A DNA stretch of 42,497 nucleotides from Clostridia bacterium (GCA_045590935.1 JAZNSA010000156.1:1-42497); one strand, 5' to 3'. Numbered from the stretch's first letter, positions 16,381 to 26,287 are shown. Numbers and translations: made by a program. Notes: a model not told the origin generated them from the sequence alone.

Positions 16381-17448
16381 CTATAATATAAAATCTGATA
16401 TTGCTATTGCTGCTATTGCTTCAATACAAGGCACTGCACGAACAGCAATACAGGGGTCGTGTCTGCCTTCGGTTGATAGAATTACATTTTCTTTTCTTTC
16501 AAAGCTTATACTTTGCTGCTTCTTTGAAATTGACGGTGTAGGCTTAAATGCTACATTAAATATAATCGGCATTCCCGTTGTTATACCGCCGAGTATGCCA
16601 CCGTGATTATTTGTTTTTGTTTTGACTGTATTTTTATCCATATAAAATTCATCATTATTCTCCGAGCCCTTCATTTTAGAAGATGCAAACCCTTTTCCGA
16701 ATTCAATACCCTTTACGCCGCCAATTCCAAAAACACTTGATGCAATCGCATTTTCTATCCCGTCAAACATAGGCTCGCCAATTCCCGCACCAAGACCGTA
16801 TATTCCGCATTCGACACTTCCGCCGATAGAATCGCCCTCTTCTCTCGCGCTTAAAATCAAGTCTTGCATTTTTTCTCCTGCATCATCCGAAAAAGTAGGG
16901 AAGGCACCGCTTTTTATTTTGTTTAATTGCTTCTCATCAAGCAAAATAGTATTTATTTTATCATCATTAGCTTCACCAACAGAGGATAGGTGTGCAACTA
17001 TTTCAATATCTCGTCTTTTTAAAATTTGCATTAAAATTCCGCCGATGGCACAAATAGGAGCAGTAAGTCTGCCGGAAAAATGTCCGCCACCCCTTAAATC
17101 ACAAAAGCCGTTGTATTTGGTATATGCAGTAAAATCAGCATGACCCGGTCTTGGAATATCAACCTTATAGTCTGTAGACCTCTTGTTTTCATTTTTTATC
17201 AAAAGACAAAGCGGAGCGCCTGTTGTATAGCTATCCTTAATACCTGATACAAATTCAGGAATATCCGCCTCCTTTCTTGGAGTAGAGTATTTGTTATTTC
17301 CACCCTGACGGCGTTTTAAGAAAGCTTGTAATTCTTCAAAATCAATTTTTTCTCCTGCGGGCAAATTATCCACTACTGCACCAATAGCACTTCCGTGCGA
17401 TTCGCCAAAAATGCTGACCTTTATTCTTTTACCTGTTTCAGATGACAT
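16381..17448 (-). CDS. aroC: Chorismate synthase
   Basis: FGESHG, RPGHADF and GRHDPC motifs. Confidence 0.95.
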   Translation of the reverse strand: MSSETGKRIKVSIFGESHGSAIGAVVDNLPAGEKIDFEELQAFLKRRQGGNNKYSTPRKEADIPEFVSGIKDSYTTGAPLCLLIKNENKRSTDYKVDIPRPGHADFTAYTKYNGFCDLRGGGHFSGRLTAPICAIGGILMQILKRRDIEIVAHLSSVGEANDDKINTILLDEKQLNKIKSGAFPTFSDDAGEKMQDLILSAREEGDSIGGSVECGIYGLGAGIGEPMFDGIENAIASSVFGIGGVKGIEFGKGFASSKMKGSENNDEFYMDKNTVKTKTNNHGGILGGITTGMPIIFNVAFKPTPSISKKQQSISFERKENVILSTEGRHDPCIAVRAVPCIEAIAAIAISDFIL

Positions 17449-18694
17449 TTACATTACCTCCAATACTTTCAAAATCCTCTATAAATGATGGGTATGACTT
17501 ATCTATTGCCTTTGCATCTATCAAAATAATATCATTTTCACAAATTGCACTTGCAACAAAAGCCGACATTGCAATTCTGTGGTCATTATAGCTTTCTACT
17601 GCTCCACCATTTAATTTTCCGTTTCCGTATATAGTGAGGCTGTCGTTTGTTTCTTCAGCCTTGCCGCCAAGCTTTAATATAAGCTCTTTTGTTGTTTTAA
17701 TTCTGTCGCTTTCTTTTATTCTTAATCTCGCTGCATTATAAAGAACTGATTTCCCTTTTGCACTGCAAGCCAAAACAGATAATACAGGAAATAAATCAGG
17801 ACATTGCGAAACATCGAAGCAAAAAGGCTTTATTTCGCTTTTTGAAACTTCTATCTCATTATTTGAAACGGTATAATTCACACCTGCAATTGATAGCACG
17901 TCTAAGAGTATTTTATCGCTTTGGTGGGAATTTAGATTAAGATTTTTTATTGTAACTCTGCCGGCGATAGCACCAAGTACCATAAAAAATGCCGCATTTG
18001 ACCAATCACCCTCAACAATATATTCCTTTGGCGATATGTAGCTATCAGTTCCATTTATGATAAATTCGTTTTCACTTTGCTTTATATTTACTCCGAAGTG
18101 TTTTAGCGTATCAATCGTCATATTAACATAGGCTGAGGACTGTAGCTTTGATGTAAGCCTTATAATGCTTTTTTCTTTGAGCAAAGGAAGTGCAAACAGA
18201 AGCCCTGATATGAATTGCGAGCTTATATTTCCTGCAATGTTAAATGCCCCTGCACAGGCTTTGCCTGACACAGTTATCGGAAGATTAGAGGATGAAAAAA
18301 TATTCCCATGCTCCTTTAATAAATCAATAATAAGCCCCATTGGTCTTTCGGGCAAGCGCCCTCTTCCTACAAAGGTTGCACCTGAGCCAAGCGCTGACAA
18401 AACAGGTAATAAAAATCTTAGTGTTGAGCCACTCTCAAAACAATCCAATGTGGGATTTTGCAAAGGCTTTTTAATAGGTGTAATTTCATATACACTATCC
18501 TTTTTTACAAAGCCTGCCCCCATATTTTTTATACAACCTAAGGTTGCCTCAATATCCTTTGAAATATGGGATATATATATTTTTGTTTTATCATCGGCTA
18601 ATGCAGAACAGATAATTGCTCTGTGTGCATCGGACTTTGAAGCAATTGCCGAAATTGTGCCGTTTGGCGCTATTGGTTTAATCCTTACCTGCAT
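17438..18694 (-). CDS. aroA: 3-phosphoshikimate 1-carboxyvinyltransferase (EPSP synthase)
   Basis: 418 aa. KSDAHRAI, LPERPM, RIKESDR and NDHRIAMS motifs. Confidence 0.95.
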   Translation of the reverse strand: MQVRIKPIAPNGTISAIASKSDAHRAIICSALADDKTKIYISHISKDIEATLGCIKNMGAGFVKKDSVYEITPIKKPLQNPTLDCFESGSTLRFLLPVLSALGSGATFVGRGRLPERPMGLIIDLLKEHGNIFSSSNLPITVSGKACAGAFNIAGNISSQFISGLLFALPLLKEKSIIRLTSKLQSSAYVNMTIDTLKHFGVNIKQSENEFIINGTDSYISPKEYIVEGDWSNAAFFMVLGAIAGRVTIKNLNLNSHQSDKILLDVLSIAGVNYTVSNNEIEVSKSEIKPFCFDVSQCPDLFPVLSVLACSAKGKSVLYNAARLRIKESDRIKTTKELILKLGGKAEETNDSLTIYGNGKLNGGAVESYNDHRIAMSAFVASAICENDIILIDAKAIDKSYPSFIEDFESIGGNVNVI

Positions 18695-19743
18695 ATAAGC
18701 ACTTCCTTAAGCTCGGAAACATTTATGTTTTTAAGTACACAGTTTCCTATTTTTTCTGGTATAACGAGGTTTATTGTATCTCCGTTTATCTTTTTATCCT
18801 TTATCATAGCCGACAAAAGCTCTTCGTTTTTTACGTTTGTATTTGTTGGAATATTATTAATTTTAAGACATTTTATAATATCTGAATATGTATCTTCTTT
18901 CGACCATTTCATACTATCGCTGATTTTAGAAATAATTGCCATACCAATTCCAACTGCAATTCCATGAGAGATTTTAAAATCCGTTGTCTTTTCGATTGCA
19001 TGACCGATTGTATGTCCGAAATTTAAAAGCTGTCTTTTTCCTGTATCAAATTCATCCTCTGAAACAATTTCCGATTTGATAGAAACGCATCTTTCTATAA
19101 CGCTTTGGATGTCCCAATTTTCGTTTTTTGAAAGCAAATCAAATAAATTTTTATCACAAATCACGCCATACTTAATTGCCTCTGCAACTCCTTCTTTGAA
19201 ATTTTCTTTTGGCAGAGTATCAAAGGTTTTAATATCGCAAACAACAAGCCTTGGCTGATAAAATGCTCCCGCAAGATTTTTTCCTGATTTAAGATTCACA
19301 CCTGTTTTACCTCCAACCGATGAATCAATGGCTGCAAGAAATGTTGTGGGAATTTGGATAAAATCAACCCCTCTTAAATATGATGCTGCTACATATCCCG
19401 ATACATCTCCTGTAATTCCGCCACCAAGTGCTATGATTAAGTCGGAGCGTGTTACATTGTTTTTAGCCAAAAATTCTAAAATATCGCAAACAGTTGCCAT
19501 TGTTTTATGGCTTTCACCGTGAGGAAATACAAATTTAAGGGTATTAAAGCCTGAATCTGTGAGCATAGTTAAAATCATATCGGAATACAGCTTGTCTACA
19601 TTATCATCTGTTATAACTACAACAGTTTTTGCTTTAGTAAGTTCCTTTATTTTATCCGGGATTATGTTTAAAATGTTTTTGCCTATTATTATATCATAAG
19701 GCTTTTTAACTCCACTTACCGTAACCTTTTTATTCATTGTCAA
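18685..19743 (-). CDS. aroB: 3-dehydroquinate synthase
   Basis: GGGITGDVSG, NFGHTIGHAIE. Confidence 0.95.
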   Translation of the reverse strand: MTMNKKVTVSGVKKPYDIIIGKNILNIIPDKIKELTKAKTVVVITDDNVDKLYSDMILTMLTDSGFNTLKFVFPHGESHKTMATVCDILEFLAKNNVTRSDLIIALGGGITGDVSGYVAASYLRGVDFIQIPTTFLAAIDSSVGGKTGVNLKSGKNLAGAFYQPRLVVCDIKTFDTLPKENFKEGVAEAIKYGVICDKNLFDLLSKNENWDIQSVIERCVSIKSEIVSEDEFDTGKRQLLNFGHTIGHAIEKTTDFKISHGIAVGIGMAIISKISDSMKWSKEDTYSDIIKCLKINNIPTNTNVKNEELLSAMIKDKKINGDTINLVIPEKIGNCVLKNINVSELKEVLICR

Positions 19744-20566
19744 GCGCCTCTTTCAATTCTCTACCATTTTTAAGTAATGCCTTCAGCTCGTCAACATTAT
19801 TACTTTCAAGAGCATATTTATATTCACTTAAATTATCAATTAATCCGTTGATTTCAGCTATAAGATTTCTCTTGTTTTCCAAAAACAGCTCAGTCCACAT
19901 TGTTTCGTTGAGGTATGCAACCCTTGTCAGGTCCTTAAAGCTTCCTGCTGACAGTCCCTTATGCTCCTGTGCAGTTTTGCTTTTTACATAAGCATTTGAC
20001 AGCACGTGAGCAAGCTGAGAGGTGTATGCAATAATTCTATCGTGGTCCTTTGCAGTTTTTACAGTTATTTTTCCAAAGCCGATAGATAGGAAGAATATTT
20101 TTATATTTGCAAGGTCCTCGATTTTTACACTATCATCAGGTGTTAAAATCATAGAAGCTTCAGCAAAAATTTCTGCATTTGAATATTTGAAGCCGATTTT
20201 TTCAATACCTGCCATTGGGTGTCCGCCAACAAATACAAATCCATTTTCTTTTGCAATTTCAGGAATTTCTTCGCATACCCTTTCTTTAACACCGCCACAG
20301 TCTATAAGGTATGCACCTTTTTTTATAAGATGTGCGTATTTTTTAACTGTTTCAACAGTTGCATCGGGGTATAACGCCAAGATTAGCATATCACATTTGC
20401 CAATGTTTTTCTCAGTAAGCTCTTCATTTATTGCTTCAATAATCTTAGCTTTTGTAACTACGCTTTTATCAATATCCATTCCCAAAACATAGTGCTCGGT
20501 ATTTAGTTTTATAGCTTTTGCCATAGAGCCACCAATAAGTCCAAGTCCTATAATTCCTATGTTCAT
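19730..20566 (-). CDS. tyrA: Prephenate dehydrogenase
   Basis: Rossmann motif IGIIGLGLIGGS, GGHPMAG and the TyrA C-terminal helical domain. Confidence 0.85.
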   Translation of the reverse strand: MNIGIIGLGLIGGSMAKAIKLNTEHYVLGMDIDKSVVTKAKIIEAINEELTEKNIGKCDMLILALYPDATVETVKKYAHLIKKGAYLIDCGGVKERVCEEIPEIAKENGFVFVGGHPMAGIEKIGFKYSNAEIFAEASMILTPDDSVKIEDLANIKIFFLSIGFGKITVKTAKDHDRIIAYTSQLAHVLSNAYVKSKTAQEHKGLSAGSFKDLTRVAYLNETMWTELFLENKRNLIAEINGLIDNLSEYKYALESNNVDELKALLKNGRELKEALDNE

Positions 20567-20579
20567 TTTTTTAATCTCC

Positions 20580-21608
20580 TTATACTAAGTCTGCTAAATC
20601 ATAAATTAATTTTTCGGTTTTTTCCCAGCCAAGACAAGGGTCAGTAATGGATTTACCATAAATACATTCACCAATCTTCTGCGCCCCGTCCTCGATATAG
20701 CTTTCAATCATAAAGCCTTTTACAAGCTTTTTGATTGAACTATCATGTCTTGCGCTATGCATAACATCCTTCGCAATACGCATTTGCTGAAGCGGCTGTT
20801 TTCCTGAATTTGCATGGTTTGTATCAATAATTACCGCAGGGTTTTCAAGCCCTGATTCGCTATAAAACTTGCACAACAGCTCCAAATCTTCATAATGGTA
20901 ATTAGGAAGCGATTGACCGTGCTTATTTACATATCCTCGAAGTATAGCGTGCGATAGGGGGTTGCCATCAGAGCGAACCTCCCAACCACGATAGATGAAG
21001 GTATGCTTATGCTGTGCTGCTTTTATAGCATTCATCATAACCGATAAATCACCGCTTGTAGGATTTTTCATTCCAACCGGAACTGAAATTCCGCTTGCAG
21101 TTAATCTGTGTCCTTGATTTTCAACACTTCTTGCACCAATTGCGACATAAGCCAAAATATCATCTAAGTATCTATAATTTTCAGGGTAGAGCATTTCGTC
21201 TGCACAAGAAAAGCCTGTTTCTTTAATTGCCCGTATATGCAAATCTCTAATCATCATAATGCCCTTTAGCATATCGGGCTTTTCATTAGGATTAGGCTGA
21301 TGAAGCATACCCTTGTAGCCATCTCCCGTTGTTCTTGGCTTATTGGTATAAATTCGGGGGATAACAAAGATTTTGTCCGAAACCTCTTCCTGCACTTTTC
21401 GCAAGCGCAAAATATAATCTATAACGCTATCCTCATTATCGGCGGAGCAAGGACCAATAATCAAAATAAGTTTGTCGCTTTTTCCTGTGAAAATATCTGC
21501 AATTTCTTTTTTTCTATCCTCTACAATTTTATTTAAGTCCGAAGACAACGGACACATCTCCTTGATTTCCTTTGGCATAGGAAGCTTTCGTTCAAATGTT
21601 AAATTCAT
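20580..21608 (-). CDS. aroF: 3-deoxy-7-phosphoheptulonate (DAHP) synthase, class I
   Basis: 342 aa. GPCS..., KPRTT, IGARS and the DTNHANSGK-type motif. Confidence 0.9.
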   Translation of the reverse strand: MNLTFERKLPMPKEIKEMCPLSSDLNKIVEDRKKEIADIFTGKSDKLILIIGPCSADNEDSVIDYILRLRKVQEEVSDKIFVIPRIYTNKPRTTGDGYKGMLHQPNPNEKPDMLKGIMMIRDLHIRAIKETGFSCADEMLYPENYRYLDDILAYVAIGARSVENQGHRLTASGISVPVGMKNPTSGDLSVMMNAIKAAQHKHTFIYRGWEVRSDGNPLSHAILRGYVNKHGQSLPNYHYEDLELLCKFYSESGLENPAVIIDTNHANSGKQPLQQMRIAKDVMHSARHDSSIKKLVKGFMIESYIEDGAQKIGECIYGKSITDPCLGWEKTEKLIYDLADLV

Positions 21609-21635
21609 AACCTACAATCTCCTTTTATGCATTCT

Positions 21636-22085
21636 TTACAGAATATTAATTTCCTTTTGCTTAACCAAAGTGGTACCTTTGCGTTGAAGCATATCTGCAA
21701 TCTGCTCTTTCTCCATATTTTCTGCGGATAATCTTAAAACGATAAGTGCTTTATTTCCAATATTGTAATTAAGAGAATACATATATTCAATAGAAAGACT
21801 CATATCTTCTACAATCTTAAGCACGCTATCAAGTCCTGCAGGCTTATTTGGAACCGCTATACAAGTAACCTGACTTGTTTTTGCTACAAAGTCATTTTCA
21901 CGAAGCACTTTTATTGCACGCTCTGTATCATTTTCTCTTGTAACAAGTCTTACGATACCGAAATTTGTTGTATCTGCAATAGAAAGTGCTAAAATATCGA
22001 TATTATTTTCTCCTAATACCTTTGTAAGAGTACGAAGCGTACCTTTGCTATTTTCAAGATAAACTGAAATTTGCGTAATAAACAT
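21636..22085 (-). CDS. Tandem ACT-domain (amino-acid-binding) protein
   Basis: 149 aa with two beta-alpha-beta-beta-alpha-beta-like repeats. The family is commonly found next to phenylacetate-CoA ligase genes in anaerobes. Confidence 0.7.
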   Translation of the reverse strand: MFITQISVYLENSKGTLRTLTKVLGENNIDILALSIADTTNFGIVRLVTRENDTERAIKVLRENDFVAKTSQVTCIAVPNKPAGLDSVLKIVEDMSLSIEYMYSLNYNIGNKALIVLRLSAENMEKEQIADMLQRKGTTLVKQKEINIL

Positions 22086-22099
22086 AATTAAAATCCTCC

Positions 22100-23422
22100 T
22101 TATTTTGTTAGCCCTCTGTTATCAATTATTCTTTTTGCTTTTCCTTCAGAACGAGGAATTGATTTTGGCGCAACAAGCTTGACGATAGCTGCAACACCAA
22201 CAACCGACTTGATTTGTTCAGCGATTTTGCCCTGAATTTTCTCAATGTCCGAAACTGTGTCGGAAAATATTTCATCGGTGAGCTCAACCTGAACCTCAAG
22301 CCTGTCGGTTGAATTAACTCTGTCAACAACAAGCATATAATGTGGTGAAACGCCAGGTATTTTGAGAAGCACCTCTTCAATCTGGCTTGGAAATACATTT
22401 ACTCCACGAATAATAAGCATATCGTCTGTTCTGCCTGTTATTCTGCTCATTCTGACGTGTGTTCTGCCACAAACACAAGGCGATGCATCAAGAGTACAAA
22501 TATCATGAGTTCTATATCTTATCATTGGCATACCTGTTTTTGTAATTGTTGTGAATACAAGCTCACCACTTTCACCATAGGGGAGAACCTCGCCCGTTTG
22601 CGGATTCACTATTTCTGCGATAACGTGGTCTTCGTTTATGTGCATACCATTTTTTGCGCTACACTCAAATGCAACACCAGGACCTGCAATTTCGGTAAGA
22701 CCATAGATATTGTACGCATTGATATCAAACAAGCTTTCAAGCTTTTCTCTCATTTCCTCTGTCCAAGGCTCTGCACCAAAGCAACCTGATTTCAATTTGA
22801 ATTCCTTGAGGTCATAACCCATTTCTTTTAAGGATTCACCAAGATATATTGCATAAGATGGCGTACAGCAAAGCATTGTTGCGCCCAAATCGTGCATCAT
22901 CATAAGCTGCCTTTGAGTGTTTCCGGATGACATAGGAATTACCGTTGCGCCAACTGCAGATGCTCCCTGATGAGCGCCGAGTCCGCCTGTGAACAAACCA
23001 TATCCGTATGTAACCTGAACCTTATCTTCTTTGCCTGCGCCTGCGGCAGTAAGTGAACGAGCAACCATTTCGGTCCATACATCCACATCGCTTTGAGTAT
23101 ATCCCGAAACAATAGGTTTTCCTGTTGTTCCCGATGAGCCTTGTATTCTTACAATTTCATCTTGAGGAACGGCTAAAAGCCCGTAAGGAAACTCATCACG
23201 AAGGTCAGTTTTATTTGTGAAGGGAAGAAGATGCAAATCTTCTATACCTTTAATATCTTCAGGTTTAACACCTGCTTCGTCCATACGCTTTTTGTACATT
23301 GCTACATTGTTATATACATGCGCAACTGTTTTTATCAATCTCTCATCCTGAATTTTCTTTATGGAATCTCTATCCATACATTCTATTTCGGGGTTGTAAA
23401 TTTTGTTTTCTGATACTTTCAT
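22100..23422 (-). CDS. paaK: Phenylacetate--CoA ligase family adenylate-forming enzyme (PaaK-like)
   Basis: [13 protein letters not shown] and the [22 protein letters not shown] motifs of the PaaK subgroup. ATG at 23422 lies 9 nt after AAAGGA; the track start at 23431 is a TTG. Confidence 0.85.
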   Translation of the reverse strand: MKVSENKIYNPEIECMDRDSIKKIQDERLIKTVAHVYNNVAMYKKRMDEAGVKPEDIKGIEDLHLLPFTNKTDLRDEFPYGLLAVPQDEIVRIQGSSGTTGKPIVSGYTQSDVDVWTEMVARSLTAAGAGKEDKVQVTYGYGLFTGGLGAHQGASAVGATVIPMSSGNTQRQLMMMHDLGATMLCCTPSYAIYLGESLKEMGYDLKEFKLKSGCFGAEPWTEEMREKLESLFDINAYNIYGLTEIAGPGVAFECSAKNGMHINEDHVIAEIVNPQTGEVLPYGESGELVFTTITKTGMPMIRYRTHDICTLDASPCVCGRTHVRMSRITGRTDDMLIIRGVNVFPSQIEEVLLKIPGVSPHYMLVVDRVNSTDRLEVQVELTDEIFSDTVSDIEKIQGKIAEQIKSVVGVAAIVKLVAPKSIPRSEGKAKRIIDNRGLTK

Positions 23423-23437
23423 TTTAGTCAATCCTTT

Positions 23438-23830
23438 CTATTTGTTAATATGATATGCAACGGCGGTAAAGCCTGCAATGCTTTTGCCCAAATTGTCTGT
23501 TACATCTACTGTGTAATGACCAAGATTTTTTCCGTCTTTGTCTGTTTTGCAAACTGCAATAAGTTTATTTCCCTTTGTAGCAGAATAAAATCTGATATTG
23601 CTTTCTATTGCAACGGTTGGTATTCCGTTTAAGTTTGATGCAACTGCAAAAGTAAAATCTGCAAGCGTGAATATTGCGCCGCCCATAATGCCGCCTAATG
23701 CATTTAATAAGCCATCGCTTATCGGCATTTCGCATACTACGCGGTCTCTGTCTACTTCTACAATGCTACAACCTGCATTTGTAGCAAATCGGTCATTTTC
23801 GTACAGTCTTTGTAGTTCTTTAAGCTCCAT
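23438..23830 (-). CDS. PaaI-type hotdog-fold thioesterase
   Basis: 130 aa. ...NALGGIMGGAIFTLADFTFAVA... is typical of PaaI/YbgC-like thioesterases. Confidence 0.7.
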   Translation of the reverse strand: MELKELQRLYENDRFATNAGCSIVEVDRDRVVCEMPISDGLLNALGGIMGGAIFTLADFTFAVASNLNGIPTVAIESNIRFYSATKGNKLIAVCKTDKDGKNLGHYTVDVTDNLGKSIAGFTAVAYHINK

Positions 23831-23937
23831 TTTCTTTTATCCTTTCAAAGTATTACGCTTTGTTTAAAGTCGGCGTTACAGACTTTTTTATGAAATTATA
23901 ATGAATAAATGCTGTAATCGCCTCCTTGCAACATTTT

Positions 23938-23994
23938 GAAAAAAATAAAAAGTCCGAACGGCTTTGATTTGAAATCAAACATCCATGCGGACTT
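23938..23994 (-). terminator. Intrinsic terminator inside the 5' leader of the aromatic operon (attenuator)
   Basis: RNA AAGUCCGCAUGG...CCGUUCGGACUU (11 bp, one mismatch, inner hairpin UUUGAUU/AAUCAAA) followed by UUUUAUUUUUUU. It lies about 105 nt upstream of the first gene. Confidence 0.7.
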
Positions 23995-24044
23995 CATTTT
24001 CGATTTGGAATTGCCATCAAGCCAACGGCTAATAAGCCATCAGG

Positions 24045-24131
24045 TTAACGGGTTCTTGCAAAGAATGAAAAACCGCATGGATGGCTATAATAAAATCGAT
24101 TGTTTATAATATTAATATGTCTTGTAGTCAT
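24045..24131 (-). CDS. Candidate 28-codon leader peptide MTTRHINIINNRFYYSHPCGFSFFARTR
   Basis: ATG lies 7 nt after GGAGAGGAGAA. 6 of 28 residues are Phe or Tyr, in two clusters. The ORF runs through the antiterminator 5' strand. Too short for the ORF track. Confidence 0.35.
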   Translation of the reverse strand: MTTRHINIINNRFYYSHPCGFSFFARTR

Positions 24132-24164
24132 ATACGATTCTCCTCTCCTCTAAAACTATTATAT

Positions 24165-24193
24165 ATTCTACACCTAAATTTTTGATTTGTCAA
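24165..24193 (-). promoter_or_regulatory. Sigma-A promoter TTGACA-17-TAGAAT for the aromatic operon leader
   Basis: Hexamers read on the minus strand at 24188-24193 and 24165-24170. Confidence 0.6.
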
Positions 24194-24225
24194 GAGTTTT
24201 TTTGATATTTTTATTATTATTTTTA

Positions 24226-24750
24226 TTATTTTTTATTATGCTCTGTTATCATTTTTACCAGCCCTGCTTTTTTGAGCATTGCAAAAAGCAAAATTGCTGC
24301 AATAAGGTTTATCACACCTTGAATAAGATTAAATGGTGCGTTTGCGATTGCGCCTAAGCCGTAGCCCAATACAAATGCTTCGTAAACAAAATAACCTGCT
24401 ACCATAATAACTTCGGCACAAATAGCGGGGATAATAAGAGAAACGCTTTTATTGCTCTTAAATATGTATTTTCTCATCACTAAAATTACAATTGCCATAA
24501 GCGCCTTAATAACAAAAGTGCCCGGAACATACATAGTATAACCGCTTGTCATATCACATAATGATGCACCGATAGCGCCGACAAATATCGCATAGTAATT
24601 TCCCAATAAGCATGTACTTATAATTACCATACAATCCCCCAGATTGATATTTCCGATAGTTGGAGCAGGTATTGCAATCCATGTCATTGTAAAAACAAGT
24701 GCACAAAATACTGCCGCCAATACTAATTTGAATGTTTTGTTACTCTTCAT
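24226..24750 (-). CDS. ECF-type S-component-like membrane protein, last gene of the thiamine operon (possible HMP/thiamine-precursor S component)
   Basis: 174 aa with 5-6 TM helices. NLGDCMV...LLG...GAIGASLCDM..GY is typical of small vitamin S components. Function is inferred only from context. Confidence 0.55.
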   Translation of the reverse strand: MKSNKTFKLVLAAVFCALVFTMTWIAIPAPTIGNINLGDCMVIISTCLLGNYYAIFVGAIGASLCDMTSGYTMYVPGTFVIKALMAIVILVMRKYIFKSNKSVSLIIPAICAEVIMVAGYFVYEAFVLGYGLGAIANAPFNLIQGVINLIAAILLFAMLKKAGLVKMITEHNKK

Positions 24751-24785
24751 TTTAATTCCTCCTATACTAATTATTACCCTGATTT

Positions 24786-25577
24786 TTAATAATTCAGATT
24801 AAATGCATGGTCCATTGGTCCTTGACCTTTGCCTAAGTCAAGCATTGCAGATAATGCACCTTGAATATATTCCTTAGCACCTTTAACGGACATTTCAATA
24901 TCAATGCCCTTTGCAAGGTTTGAGCTGATAGCAGATGACAATGTGCAGCCTGTTCCGTGAGTGTTTGGGTTATTAATTCTTTTTCCGCTAAACCAGATTT
25001 CCTTGCCGTCTGCATATAAAAAATCGTTAGCATCGTTTTTACTGTGCCCACCCTTTAATAAGACATCACAGTGATAGGTATTGCTGATTTTTTTTGCAGC
25101 CATAACCATATCTTCCTTCGTTTCAATCCTCACATCTGCTAAAATCTCTGCTTCGGGGATATTGGGCGTAACAAGCGATGCAATTGGAAGAAGCTCGTCT
25201 TTAAGCGTTTCTATTGCCTCTTCGCATATAAGCCTTGCCCCGCTTGTTGCAACCATTACAGGGTCCAAAACAATATTTTTTGCATTGTTTCTTTTAAGCT
25301 CATCTGCTATGACTCTGATAAGCGCAGATGATGAAACCATTCCTATTTTTACACTATCGGGTACGATGTCTGTAAAAATAGCCTCGATTTGTTCTTTTAA
25401 GAACTTGGGGGTAACCTCCATAATACTCGCAACGCCGGTTGTGTTCTGTGCTGTAAGCGCTGTTATCACACTCATAGCATAAACGCCGTTCATTGTCATA
25501 GTTTTAGTATCTGCTTGAATACCGGCGCCTCCACTGCAGTCGCTTCCTGCAATGGTCAATGCTGTTTTTTTAATCAT
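24786..25577 (-). CDS. thiD: Hydroxymethylpyrimidine / phosphomethylpyrimidine kinase
   Basis: TIAGSDCSGGAGIQAD, DPVMVATSG and GTGCTLSSAI. Confidence 0.9.
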   Translation of the reverse strand: MIKKTALTIAGSDCSGGAGIQADTKTMTMNGVYAMSVITALTAQNTTGVASIMEVTPKFLKEQIEAIFTDIVPDSVKIGMVSSSALIRVIADELKRNNAKNIVLDPVMVATSGARLICEEAIETLKDELLPIASLVTPNIPEAEILADVRIETKEDMVMAAKKISNTYHCDVLLKGGHSKNDANDFLYADGKEIWFSGKRINNPNTHGTGCTLSSAISSNLAKGIDIEMSVKGAKEYIQGALSAMLDLGKGQGPMDHAFNLNY

Positions 25578-25660
25578 TTTACATTCCTCCTTTCAACTTT
25601 TCAGCATTTTTTATTAAGCGACAAAAGGTGGTGCCCCCAATTTGCCGCTGATAAGCTATA

Positions 25661-26287
25661 TTAAAATTTTAGCACTTCATCTGATAAGCTGCAAATTTTA
25701 TGCCATATTTTAGCTGGTTGATTATCATACACTCCTATGATATAAAATCCTGATGCCTTTGCTGTTTCGATTGCATAAAGCATATCCTCATATACCGCAA
25801 TTTCATTTGGCTCAGTTTCAAATTTTCTTGCTGCCTCAAGGTATATAGCAGGCTCTCTTTTTGAAAGCTCCATATTTTCGCAGGATAATATAAATTCAAA
25901 ATAATCAAGAATTCCAAGTCTTTCAAGACATAGGCGTATAAGGCTTTCTTCTGTAACCGATACGATACACATACGAGCATTTCTTGCCTTTAAGCAGTTT
26001 AACAGTTTAAACATTCCTTCTTTTAAAGGAATATCCTTCTCATAATGCTTATAAACAATATTATTCAATTCATCAACTGCTTGCTTAACTGACATATCGA
26101 GTGAAAATTTATCTATAAAGAGTTTTGCGGTTTCAAGAAGGGTGAGCTTTTCTGTTATTTTTAAAATATCTTTGCGATTGTAGCTTGCATCATATCTGTC
26201 TAAAAACTCAAATCCAAAGGAGTTCCACATCCACATAGAGTCAACAATTGTTCCGTCAAAATCGAATATCAAAAATTTCTTATCCAT
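25661..26287 (-). CDS. HAD-superfamily hydrolase embedded in the thiamine operon (candidate thiamine monophosphate phosphatase)
   Basis: DxD motif FDFDGTIVDS and downstream HAD motifs. Start overlaps the thiE stop. Confidence 0.75.
   Translation of the reverse strand: MDKKFLIFDFDGTIVDSMWMWNSFGFEFLDRYDASYNRKDILKITEKLTLLETAKLFIDKFSLDMSVKQAVDELNNIVYKHYEKDIPLKEGMFKLLNCLKARNARMCIVSVTEESLIRLCLERLGILDYFEFILSCENMELSKREPAIYLEAARKFETEPNEIAVYEDMLYAIETAKASGFYIIGVYDNQPAKIWHKICSLSDEVLKF

Noticed and set aside
23831-24158. T-box riboswitch or TRAP-binding leader for the aromatic operon.
   Set aside because: A CCGUUA (F-box-like) hexamer and some GAG/UAG triplets are present. There is no GGGUGGNACCGCG T-box sequence, no compact antiterminator bulge and only three (G/U)AG repeats. 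The evidence is insufficient for either class without a covariance-model search.
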